Positions 36,790 to 47,700 of a DNA stretch of 64,000 nt are shown here, one piece after another (the first letter of the stretch is position 1; every line of letters starts with the position of its first letter). The notes beneath the pieces are model-generated. The model saw nothing but the letters and a program-made list of their open reading frames with translations. It made no database searches and was not told the origin of the DNA. Source of the stretch: Candidatus Omnitrophota bacterium (GTDB lineage: Bacteria > Omnitrophota > Omnitrophia > Omnitrophales > JACROU01); assembly GCA_029261035.1 (NCBI GenBank), contig JAJDCD010000022.1:16063-80062 (forward strand). Reading direction: 5' to 3'. The translations under genes and the position numbers were made by a program.

Positions 36790-38215
36790 GCCATTTCGTA
36801 TTACGATTGTAGGCAGCGGTGTTTCGGGTCTTGCGGCAGCTTACCGTTTAAAGGAGTTATCTCAAGAGAGAGGGATAGATATTCAAATCCAAGTTTTGGA
36901 GGCTTCTCCTGAGGTGGGTCCGGCAATTATGACCACACATCGCGAAGGTTTTTTGTTGGAGTCTGGACCAGACTCTTTTATTACAGAGAAACCATGGGCA
37001 ATGGACTTATGCAAACGTTTGGGTATCGAGACTGAGGTGATTAGTACTCAGAATCAATTCAGAAAAAGCTATGTTGTACGAAACAAGGCTCTACTGCCTG
37101 TTCCGGAAGGTTTTTATCTAATGGCTCCGGTGAAAATCAGTTCTTTTCTATCCTCTAAAATCTTTAGTTTGATGGGAAAAACACGAATGGTTTTGGAGTA
37201 TTTGATTCCAAAAAAGAAAAGTGATAAGGAAGAAAGTTTAACGCAATTTATTCATCGAAGGTTTGGAAAAGAAGCCTTAGAGCGTATTGTGCAACCTATG
37301 ATTTCTGGGGTTTATGCGGCAGATCCGGACCAGTTAAGTTTAAGAGCTACATTTCCTAAGTTCTTAGAAATGGAAAAAAAGTATGGAAGTGTGATTAGAG
37401 GGTTGAGAAAGAAAAGAAGAGAAGAAAGTAGCGAAAAAGCAAGCGGCGCCCGATATAGTTTATTCGCTTCTTTTAAAGGTGGAATGAGAACCTTGGTGGA
37501 TGCTCTAGTTAAAGCGTTGGGTTCAATGATGATTCGTACAGAGTGCTGCGTTGAAAAAATTGAAAAGAAAACAGGCTCCACATCTTGGCAGGTGTATCTA
37601 AAAGGTGGAGAAGTTTTAGATACAGATTATGTTGTTTTAGCTTTACCGGCAAATCGATGTTCGGAGATTTTAAAAAGTGTCGATCTTTCATTGGTGGATG
37701 AACTATCTGAATTTTCGTTTGGTTCTGTGGCGACTGTTAACCTGGCTTATGCACGAGAAGATATTAAACATTCTTTAGATGGTTTTGGGTTTGTGGTTCC
37801 CGCGGCAGAAAATATTCCTCTGGTTGGATGTACTTTTTCAAACGTCAAATATGAGGGAAGAGCTCCAAAAGGATTTGCGTTATTGAGAGCTTTTGTGGGA
37901 GGTGTTCAGAAACCAGATTGTCTTAATATGAGTGATGAGGCCTTAGAATCTCTAGCCCATGAAGAACTGTCTAAGCTTTTAGGAATTAAAAAGAAACCCC
38001 ATTTATCACAAATAGGACGTTATGATAAGGTAATGCCTCATTACTACTTAGGACATTTGGAGAGGGTGGAAAGAATAGAAAAGAGGGTTAGCCGCCACGA
38101 AGGATTAAGTCTAGTAGGCAACAGCTATCGAGGCGTTGGAATTCCAGATGCCATCCACAGCGGAGAACAAGCCGCAGAAGAAATTATAAAAAAATTAGCA
38201 ATAAGCATCCAATAA
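36782..38215 (+). CDS. hemY: protoporphyrinogen oxidase (HemY-type, FAD)
   Basis: N-terminal GSGVSGLAAAY dinucleotide fold, 477 aa, amine-oxidase family. Confidence 0.8.
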   Translation: MSKPFRITIVGSGVSGLAAAYRLKELSQERGIDIQIQVLEASPEVGPAIMTTHREGFLLESGPDSFITEKPWAMDLCKRLGIETEVISTQNQFRKSYVVRNKALLPVPEGFYLMAPVKISSFLSSKIFSLMGKTRMVLEYLIPKKKSDKEESLTQFIHRRFGKEALERIVQPMISGVYAADPDQLSLRATFPKFLEMEKKYGSVIRGLRKKRREESSEKASGARYSLFASFKGGMRTLVDALVKALGSMMIRTECCVEKIEKKTGSTSWQVYLKGGEVLDTDYVVLALPANRCSEILKSVDLSLVDELSEFSFGSVATVNLAYAREDIKHSLDGFGFVVPAAENIPLVGCTFSNVKYEGRAPKGFALLRAFVGGVQKPDCLNMSDEALESLAHEELSKLLGIKKKPHLSQIGRYDKVMPHYYLGHLERVERIEKRVSRHEGLSLVGNSYRGVGIPDAIHSGEQAAEEIIKKLAISIQ

Positions 38216-38220
38216 ACCAT

Positions 38221-39010
38221 AGCTTTTTATTTACAGCCTAAATTCTCTCATTTGGGCCCGGGCCTAAATGGAAGTTTTTTAAAATAAAGAACGTTTTATG
38301 TCGGAAAGATGTTCTTGCTCTTCTTTGTGAATAGGTTGTTCATGAAACTCTTTTATGTCGGATAAGGCATATGACATGTTTTCATTAAACATTGAAAGTC
38401 CTCCTGTTGTATCTAAGTAGTTCCATTCAGGTAAAGTTTTAACGTAACTTCCGTAACTGGACCATCTATAATTTTCTGGAGATGTAACAATATTTGCTTT
38501 TACTGGATTGTTATGGATATATCGAAGTAAAACTTTTCCATAGAGGTTTTCATTTACTAATCTATATTTGTATCTTCCCTGAAATAATGGTCCTATACGC
38601 TTATATTTCGTATTAAAAAAACGTGAGTACGTTGATGTAATATGCCAGATAGCCTCACTTAAATTAGGAGATACTGTTTGGATGAACAGGTGAAAGTGAT
38701 TATCCATAAGGCAGAACGCAAATAGGTTTACGTTATACTTTTTTACACTTTCCGAGGTTGCTTTGAGAAACATTTTTCTATCATAGTCGTCAAAAAATAT
38801 TTCATGCTTATTTACACCTCTATTGTATATATGATAATAAGCCCCTGGGTATTTGATTCTAGCAAAATGAGTCATAACGTATATTATTATAAATAATATA
38901 TAAATTTCAAATAATAAAATAAAAAATTGATAAAATATTCAAACAAGAGACCGATAAGTTTTTATTTTACAGTCTAAATTCTTGCATTTGGGCCCGGGCC
39001 TGTTTGGAAG
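38221..39010 (-). mobile_element. IS200/IS605-like or RAYT-like element: Y1 (HuH) transposase bracketed by ~52-bp direct repeats containing GGGCCCGGGCC palindrome
   Basis: Direct repeats at 38225-38275 and 38959-39010 are about 85% identical. Confidence 0.6.
38279..38875 (-). CDS. tnpA: Y1 HuH transposase (IS200-family/RAYT-like)
   Basis: …NHFHLFIQT… HuH motif, with downstream Tyr candidates. Confidence 0.8.
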   Translation of the reverse strand: MTHFARIKYPGAYYHIYNRGVNKHEIFFDDYDRKMFLKATSESVKKYNVNLFAFCLMDNHFHLFIQTVSPNLSEAIWHITSTYSRFFNTKYKRIGPLFQGRYKYRLVNENLYGKVLLRYIHNNPVKANIVTSPENYRWSSYGSYVKTLPEWNYLDTTGGLSMFNENMSYALSDIKEFHEQPIHKEEQEHLSDIKRSLF

Positions 39011-39067
39011 GTTTTGGGTGGTTTGGGTGTTTTAATTGAGGGGATAAGTAGCTAGTATGAAGGTTTT

Positions 39068-40420
39068 TTGCTAGAATGTGCGGCTATGGATATAGTAAAA
39101 GAGAAAAATATAAAGGTTTCGATTAAGACTTTTGGTTGTCAGATGAATGAGTATGATACGGAGCTTGCTTCTGGTTTGTTGATGAAGCAGGGGTATCAGA
39201 TGACTTCCGATGAGACTGAGGCGGATGTTGCTATCCTGAATACGTGCAGTGTACGGGAGCATGCGGAGACGCGTGTTTTTGGGCGTTTGAGTCGTTTATG
39301 CTTTGAGAAGTCTAAATTTGGTCGTAATGTTGTTGTGGGTGTTATGGGTTGTATGTCTGAGAATTATAAAGGAGAGCTATTTGAGCGCTATCCTCAGCTT
39401 GATTTTATTGTGGGAACTCGTAATGTTAAAGATGTTCCTCGTATCGTAAAACAAGTGATTTCAGATAAAAAACGAGTGATGCTTTTGGAAGAAGAGGGTT
39501 TGGGTATTGAGTTTTCTGAATTCACCCAGCGCAAACACGCTTATCATGCATGGGTTCCTATCATGACAGGTTGTGATAAAGTTTGTACTTTTTGTATTGT
39601 GCCCAAAACTCGAGGTGCTGAAATTTCAAAGCCATCAAAGGATGTGATTGAAGAAGTTACGCGTCTTCGAGATCGAGGTTATAAATCGATTACGCTTCTT
39701 GGACAAAATGTAAATTCTTATGGTAAAGAGTTTGCTGATGGGGTTGGATTTCCTCAGTTGTTAGAACGGTTAGCTCAAATTGATGGAATCGAAATGGTTT
39801 CGTTTACAACAAGTCATCCCAGTGATGCTATTCCAGAACTTTTTGAAGTTATTCGAGATAATCCGGCTATTACGCGTCGTTTTCATTTACCTTTACAATC
39901 AGGCTCAGACCCTATTCTTAAAAAAATGAAACGACATCATAATATGGATCAGTATTTAGAAAAAGTGGAGCAACTTCGGAGTACGGTTCCGGGTGTGGAT
40001 ATCACCACAGATATCATTGTTGGTTTTCCGGGCGAGACGGAAGAGGATTATCAGGCGACAAAAGAAGCTCTACAGAAAATAGAGTTTGATGGGGCTTATA
40101 TTTATAAATATTCTGCACGTCCTGGGACGCCTGCTGCTGAAAACTTTGAAGATGATGTTGCTCTTTCTGACAAAAAAAGAAGAAATAGCGAGCTTCTAGA
40201 TATTCAAGATTGGATTTCTCAAAAGAAAAATCAAAATAGAATAGGCTCAACTCATAAAGTACTCGTGGAGAGAAAAAACTCTCGTGGGGAAGGTGAGGTT
40301 GTTGGGAGAACGTGGATTGATAAAAAGATCGTGTTTCCAGGAACAGAGGCTGTTGGAGATATTTGCGAAGTGAAAATTCAAAAGCTAGTGAATGACACCT
40401 TTTTCGGGGTGAAAGTATGA
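39068..40420 (+). CDS. miaB: tRNA-i6A37 methylthiotransferase MiaB
   Basis: UPF0004 N-terminal domain, radical-SAM CxxxCxxC (CDKVCTFC) and TRAM C-terminal domain. Confidence 0.92.
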   Translation: MLECAAMDIVKEKNIKVSIKTFGCQMNEYDTELASGLLMKQGYQMTSDETEADVAILNTCSVREHAETRVFGRLSRLCFEKSKFGRNVVVGVMGCMSENYKGELFERYPQLDFIVGTRNVKDVPRIVKQVISDKKRVMLLEEEGLGIEFSEFTQRKHAYHAWVPIMTGCDKVCTFCIVPKTRGAEISKPSKDVIEEVTRLRDRGYKSITLLGQNVNSYGKEFADGVGFPQLLERLAQIDGIEMVSFTTSHPSDAIPELFEVIRDNPAITRRFHLPLQSGSDPILKKMKRHHNMDQYLEKVEQLRSTVPGVDITTDIIVGFPGETEEDYQATKEALQKIEFDGAYIYKYSARPGTPAAENFEDDVALSDKKRRNSELLDIQDWISQKKNQNRIGSTHKVLVERKNSRGEGEVVGRTWIDKKIVFPGTEAVGDICEVKIQKLVNDTFFGVKV

Positions 40421-41100
40421 GCGATCCTTCTTTCCCTATTGTGACCCCGGCGCAGATGAAAGTGTTAGAACGACGATGCGTGGAAGATTATGGTATCCCC
40501 AGCTTGATATTGATGGAAAACGCGGGGCGGAGTGTTTTTGAAGTGACTTGTGAGATGCTTAAAGATTCAGGATCTGAAAGCCATGTTAGTATTTTTGTAG
40601 GATCTGGAAATAATGGAGGAGATGGGCTTGTTGCGGGTCGTCATTTATTGAACTTTAATCTTGAGGTTGATTTTTTTGTATTTGCTGAGGAAGAGTCTAT
40701 TAAAGGAGATGCTTTAACAAATCTTCAAATTTTAAAGAAAATGAAAGCACCCATCCATTTTGTAAAAGATGTTGAAAGTGTAAAAGAAAAAGTTGCTGAT
40801 TCCCATTTAATTATGGACGCGCTGTTTGGGACGGGGCTTTCGAGAATAATTGAAGAGCCTTATTTTTCAGTTATCCAATTTATGAATCATTCGAATAAAC
40901 CTATTTTATCTGTTGATATTCCTTCAGGTCTTCATGGGGAGTTTGGAGAGGTTATGGGCTGTGCGGTAAAGGCAACTCGAACAGCGACACTCGGTCTTCC
41001 AAAAAAAGGTTTGTTTGAAAATGAAGGCCCTAAACATGTTGGAGACGTGATCTTGGGAGAGATTTCAATGCCCCGCGAGCTTTTTACGGGGTTTGAATAA
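40417..41100 (+). CDS. nnrE: NAD(P)H-hydrate epimerase (YjeF N-terminal domain)
   Basis: …VGSGNNGGDGLVAGRHL…. Confidence 0.8.
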   Translation: MSDPSFPIVTPAQMKVLERRCVEDYGIPSLILMENAGRSVFEVTCEMLKDSGSESHVSIFVGSGNNGGDGLVAGRHLLNFNLEVDFFVFAEEESIKGDALTNLQILKKMKAPIHFVKDVESVKEKVADSHLIMDALFGTGLSRIIEEPYFSVIQFMNHSNKPILSVDIPSGLHGEFGEVMGCAVKATRTATLGLPKKGLFENEGPKHVGDVILGEISMPRELFTGFE

Positions 41101-41139
41101 TGAAAGCAACTTTTAGCTTTTAAAAAAACGAAAAAAACA

Positions 41140-41230
41140 GATCCTTCGCTTCGCTCAAGGGTGACAATTTGTCTGTTCTCTTTGTCGTTAGATTGCCGCA
41201 GTTATTTTTTTTCCTCGCAATGACACATGC
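41140..41230. repeat. family A repeat, inverted orientation (GATCCTTCGCTTCGCTCAAGGGTGACAA … AGATTGCCGCAG … CCTCGCAATGACAC)
   Basis: Between the nnrE and Rieske genes. Confidence 0.65.
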
Positions 41231-41232
41231 GG

Positions 41233-41544
41233 TCATAATTCCAAATATATTTTATCTTTCTCTATTTTCAGTTTATAAGTTTCGATGGGTGGGGCTGGCA
41301 TGTTGAGACATTCGCCTGACTCTAAATTGAAGAGCCATCCATGAAGAGGGCAGCGGACAGCAGGGCCATTTTCGGTTTCTCCACGATATAAAGGGCCTCC
41401 ACGGTGAGGACAAAAGTTATTAATGGCATAGGCTTTTTCTTTGTGCCAAATAAGAGCAATTTCCTTATCCTCTAATTCAATACAAAGACCTTTGTTTGTT
41501 TTTAGTTCACTTAAATCAGCAATATATTGCCGCTCTTGGGACAT
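41233..41544 (-). CDS. small Rieske [2Fe-2S] protein (NirD/ferredoxin-like)
   Basis: CPHRGGPL…CPLHGW. Confidence 0.8.
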   Translation of the reverse strand: MSQERQYIADLSELKTNKGLCIELEDKEIALIWHKEKAYAINNFCPHRGGPLYRGETENGPAVRCPLHGWLFNLESGECLNMPAPPIETYKLKIEKDKIYLEL

Positions 41545-41708
41545 TCTGAAATTCCTTATATTTTAAGTTCTTTAAGCATAAAGAGTTACATTTCTTCAAT
41601 ATACTAGGGTTTGATTTTTAGCTCTTTTTATGGTTTACTTGTCGTCAATATTTGTCTGTAATCCCTTATTTTCGGACGTTTTACGGCAAATATTAATTAC
41701 TTTCTTGC

Positions 41709-44700
41709 TTGGAGACTCAATTGAATTCAGACTCAAAATTAATAAAAGTTTTAGCATTTTTCATCTCTTTTTATTTTACACTTTTTTCAACCTTTTCTTA
41801 TGCTAAGGCAATCCCTGTAGCTCAAGTGGGTTCTTATGGGGATAATCCTTTAAGCATTTCTATTCCTTCTGAATTAGGAATACTCCGTAATAGTACCCCT
41901 ATTTTTCAAAAGAAGGGTATTATTTTTCATATTCAAGACGCGCATGGGCAATTAGAAGCTCAAGAGAATATTGAGAAATTACTCCACTACTTAAATTCTG
42001 AGCACAATGTAAATCTAATTTTTATGGAAGGAGCTCTTCAGGGAAGTGTTTCAAAAGACTTACTTCGTTTTTACTCCGAGCCAAAAGCGAATGAAAATGT
42101 TGTGGAGCAATTACTTGAAAAAGGGTTGATTGGTGGTGCTGAAAAATTCTTAGTTAATTCGGATAAAGAAACAAAAGGTTTTGGGGTAGAAAATAGTTCT
42201 CTTTATAGAGAAAATTTAGAATTATTTAGAGATGTATATAAATATCGAAAGATCACAGATATTTTCTTAAGCCAGTTTAGAAGTCGAATTGATTTGCTCT
42301 CCACTCATTATTTCAATTCGGACTTAAGAAAGTTTGTTATGGAGTGGTTGAAATTTTCTCGGAAAGAAAATCTTCAATACCGTTTTATTCAATTTTTAAA
42401 TAAATCATCAAAAAAATATCTAAACCTTGATTTAAATAACCCTCGAACCCAACTCCGTTACCCCCAATTAACGCGCTTCTTCACACTAAAGAAACTTGAA
42501 GAAGAGTTGAAGGGTGAGGATGCTCAAAAAGATTTAAAGGTTGAGAAAGTAAAATTTAATAATTGGCTTACTAACAAAGATATTTCTTCTGAGACTCAAA
42601 ATTTATTTAAACTGTTATTAGATTTTCATTCCTTATCTTCTGTTTCGAATATTAAATTTGATATTCGAAAAACTCTCGAAATCTTTTATACTCAAGCTTC
42701 TAAGAAAGGCTTTCAATTTCAAGATTATCCTCAGTTAACACGTGTTATAGGCAGTCTAATGTTATCTCAAGAACTTCAAGCGACGCAGTTGTTTTTAGAA
42801 GTAGAAGGTGTGTCTGAAGCTATTCTGGGAAAGTTAACGCAATCTGAGATAGAGAAAGATTTAGTCGGTTTAATCAAAAAATACTTATCCTTAAAAAAAC
42901 TTTTTGCTTTGGAATTAACGCGTGAAGATTGGAGAAAGATAAATTTATATGGAATTCATTTAATTGCACCTGAAGAATTAGTCTCTTCTATTCATGGAAC
43001 GGTTGAGTCTAAACGTATTGAAGAGTTGAAAGTAGATTTTGAAATTAAAGAAGCTTTTGAGAAAGCGACGCAATTTTATGCAGTAGCTGAAAAGAGAGAG
43101 TCTGTGATTGTTGAGAGTGTTCTCATCAATACAAAAGAGAATCAAAATGCTGTTCTGGTTACCGGAGGTTTTCACTCTGGAGGTTTGAGAGACTTGGTGG
43201 AGAAGGGAAGAAAGACTTTTATTGAGATAACGCCTAAAGTCACTCATTTAAATTCGGATCATACCTATTTAAATCAGATGTTGCTCTCTGATGTGTCTAC
43301 AGTTCCGTCCCTTTCTTTGGGGAAGCTATCATTACCTCAAATTGACCGTAATTTTGGGAGTGAGTCAGGACGATATGTGTTATCACAGCTTATGCCTATT
43401 CTTTCTCGTACAGATGGGAGATCAGGAATAGCCTTTGATGTTCATGGTATTAAACCGACGCATCGGTTGGAGCAACCTCAATTACAGACTGTAAGTGTTG
43501 CAGCCTCTTTAGGGAATAACTATCTAGAAAATGCTTTCTTTAAGTCTGCTCGTTTTGTTTCTCGAATACTGCCAACAACTTGGAAAGAAGATATTAAGAG
43601 TGTAATTTTTAGAAGGTTAGCTAAAAACCTTAAGAAGGCTATAGTGGAGTTTGCGATTCAATATGAAGATTTACATCCAGGAGCTCAAATTGATAAACCA
43701 ACGAAAGAGATGCAAGAAGCTTTCTTGAAAATTGCGAGACCCTTAGTGGAGAAGTGGTCTTCTAAACTTAAAAATAAACTTCGTTATCGTTTTCTTTTAC
43801 CTCTTGTTTTGAATTACCCTGAAGGGGATGAGGAGTACCGTAGAAATTCTATTTTTATAGATAAGGATACGGGATTTGGAATTTTTACTCATGTTTGGAA
43901 AAAGGACGGAAAAACTTTAATTCATAATCATGATGGAACTATGGCGCTGTTGATGCCTTTTACCAATGAGATGAAAGAGGAAGTGTATCAATTGGTAGAA
44001 AAACCCAAGTCTCCGGAGTGGGATAAACAAATACATGACTTAGAGATGATTGAAGAAAGAAAATTAGGATTGGGTACCGTTGCAAGTTTTACAAGAGGTC
44101 AACGGTCGATTCATCGAGTGAAGAACTCTTCTCCTTCGAGAGAAGGGCTTGTGATGGAGATTTACGTTTGGATGGAAAGTAATCCTCCAAAACAAGTGAA
44201 TGTTCCTATTCCTGTTTGGGGAGAAGAAAAAGCACATTTTATTTTGAGAGAAGAAGCCGGTAAATTAGCAGTTCCGTTACACCAGACTTTAAAACCGCAC
44301 TCGGGACAGTTGATAAGACCGGAAATGGTAGGAGTTTTTGTTGATCATTTGAAGCTGCAAATGGAAGAGTATGCGCAGAAGGGGAAGGTGTACCCCATAT
44401 TTATATTTGATGGAAAACAAATTTATGTTTTTGAAGATGTAGAGAAAGCTTTTGAGTGGTATTACGAATTAGATCCCGCAAACAGACCTGATGTTTATAT
44501 TAAGCTTACAGAAGAACAAGAGTATGCTTTTCTGGATGCCTCAAATGTGAATTTCCATCAAGAATCATTAGGCTCGAGTTTGGGGTTATCTGTTACAGAA
44601 GAAGTGCAAGAGAAGGCGGAGCTCTTTCGTACTTTGAAAGGTGTTGGAGATGTTGAATTCATTGATGCTTTTATACAGAATGTTTACTATTCTTTACTGG

Positions 44701-47700
44701 ACTCACCTCCAAGTGAAATAGTTGTAGACCCCGAAAATTATCAAGAGGGCCCTTCTTTGTTTGTTGACTATCGTGAGAAATGGTTAAAACACTTTGAAGG
44801 TTATTTTGATATAGCGACTCTTCTACAAGACGCTACTCCTGAATTTATCGACTACATGAAAGCTATTTTATTAAAGATGTTTTTTGAAAGATTTCCCGAG
44901 GTGGATAATCTGCCTGTTAGAGCTATTGAAGAGTTGGTGTATGAGTTCATTCGTTTGATTACTGGAATGCCAGAAGTAATGTCTTTCTTTAAAATGCGCG
45001 CACTTAGAGTCGGGGTGCACGAATTGCCTTTGCTTCATTTGAATAGTTCTGCTACGAGTAACGCGAGAGAGATGGGACACTATCTGATGGGTTTTGCCGC
45101 TCAAGCAAACATAGCGACCTCAGATGATTTTCGAGCTGCTGGAATAGATATGTATGAAACAGAGCAAAGAATGAAAAGAAATACTACTTTTGATGAAGAT
45201 CAAAAACAGGATTTAATTGAAGAGCCCTTTGCGAAATATGCCATGAGAATTAGAGAGGTTCAACCTAAGTTTTCGATTGATGCTCGGAATCCTCTGTTAA
45301 ACCGTTTGTTAGAAAGAAATGAGGAGGATGAGATTAAATCAAAACAAATTCTCTACTTCTTAGATAATACCATGGAATCCATTTTTGATTTAGGTCTGAT
45401 CCGTTGGATGATACAAATGGGTCATCAGGTTACTTTAGTAGCAAAAGAAAAAGAAGCTGATAATGATATGACTGTTGATGATGTTAATTTGCTATTAAGT
45501 TTAGAGCAAGTAAAAGACTTTTTCAAAGACATTGATATTCAGGAAAAGATAAAAGTAATTTCAAGCGGTTCTGCAACTAGAGGAACAAACCTCAGAAGAG
45601 CAACTCCAGTCTTGGTAGAAGCATGGCAACAAGCAGAGATTATTATTTCAAAGGGAGAGGGGAATAGAGGAACTCTTCAAGGTGTTAATAAGGATGTGTA
45701 TCACTTCGTGATGGCAAAACAAGGACATGAAACTCCTGGGATCCATCAAGGAACCATAGCTGTTGAGCATGTTTTGGCAGCAAAGAAAACAGAAGCTTCA
45801 AGCTTAGGGGTTGAGAATGTTGATGACTCGATGCAGGAATTTATCCTCCGCTATTTAGAGCCTAAATTACCATCGCCTCAAATTGTTGCAAAGCCTAAAC
45901 AGTACCGAATGACATCAAATGTGTTTTCATCTACCCATCCAGAGATTAAGGAAAAAAGAATCGCAAATACTTTTCTCTATTTAGAGATGATGATGCAAGG
46001 GCTGTCGGCAGAAACACAAGAGAAGAACAGATTGCTACTAAAACGTTTCATGGATAGACCGGAATTGGAAGGGGTTAATTTAAGGCTCTTTTCTTTAATT
46101 GTTTATGATTTTATAAAAATTTTGACTGAAAGAAAAGAAGGTTTAAGTAATGCAAAAAAAGAAGCTTATTCTATTGTCCTAGACATTTTGCATATATCGA
46201 AACATGAGTTTGAAGGTTTGGAAAGCGCACGCGAACAAGGGGCTTTAGCTATTGATTTTGCTACGCGCGGAAATCAAACAACTTACCGTACTTTTTTAGA
46301 AATATCTCAAGGATCTATTCCAACGATAGGTTATCGTGCTCACATGATGGCGCTTACGAATGAACCTTTGGCTTGGTCTGTGGATGATCGTTCTGAATTG
46401 TTAGACCTCTTGTTAGAATCAGAAAAAGGAAAGGTGAAGTCGAAGCATGTACTTTATCTTCTGGATAATGTCATAGAAGATGTTTTTGATTTAATATTAG
46501 TTCAGTGGCTCCTTGAACAAGGCCACACAGTTACTCTTGTTGTTAAAGAATTAGAAGCTGGAAATGATACGACCTTTGAGGATATAAACTATTTAATTCA
46601 ACAAGAAAAGGTTTTGGAGTATTTAAAACAGAGTGGAAACGTTTTTAATATTAATATCGTTTCTAGTAAGTCTGCAACGCATGCAACAGATTTGCGTTTT
46701 GTGACAGAAGAAGATAATCTGGGGCTATATCATTCTTGGCTTGCTGCAGATGTGATTATAGCTAAGGGAGAAGGTAATCGTGGAGCTTTGCAGGGAATCC
46801 ATAAAGATTTTTTTAGTTTAGTAAATTCAAAAGCAGGTTACGAAACTCCTGGAATCAAAAAAGGGACACGTGCTGTTGAAAGAAATTTAGGATACCAATC
46901 TAGAACAGCTCTCCGTTCTACTGTATTTCAACACATAAACGGAATTGTTTTAGCTCCCGTGATGAACTCTTTAGCGAAGAGGGGTGTTTTTAATTTGTTC
47001 AGACCTTCAGAAGGTGGATATGAAGAGGTTTCGGAAATGGGTGAAACTCGAGCTGAAACCATGGATGAAGATGAAGCGTTAGACGATGCAGGTCTTTCTA
47101 GAGTTTTAACTTTAAAACAAATCGCGGAAAGTCGATTTGCAAATCGTGCTATTGTTGAGGGTAACCCTGAGGATAATATGGGTAATCTTTATGGAGCTCT
47201 TCGGATGTTGGCTCTTCAAGGTTGGCTCACGATGGAAGGGGTCGATGAGGAGACAAAGTTTGCGTTAACAGAGCAAGGTTGGAAAGCTGTTGGCTTAGCT
47301 GAAAAAGGGACGTATATACCTTCAGTAGAAGCTGTGTCTAACTTAAATCAATTATATCGTTTAATCCGAGGTCCTCCCGCCGGCTTAGGAATGTTGTTTA
47401 GACAAAAATCTGAAAATGATGAGCAATTAAAAAGCTATAAAAAATTAATCCAATTGAGTAAAAAGAATTGGGGTATAAGAGGTGCGAAGTACTCTATTGA
47501 AGAACGTGTTTACCAGCAAGTGGTTAAGCAGATGGACGGGATGTTGTTGGGGCCAACCTTTGTTGCTTTGGCTATGCCTTTATATGAAGAACGAGGCGAA
47601 AAAATAGAAAAAACGGGGCCCTCCTTTTTTGAGCACTTTGATCCAGAAACACACACGCTTGATTTAACAACGTTAAAGGGATCCTTTCACCCTGAGTTTT

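Noticed and set aside
38225-39010. Interpreting the two 52-bp flanking repeats as target-site duplications
   Set aside because: They are far too long and imperfect (about 85% identity) for a TSD. They are more likely element-internal end structures or REP-like sites.
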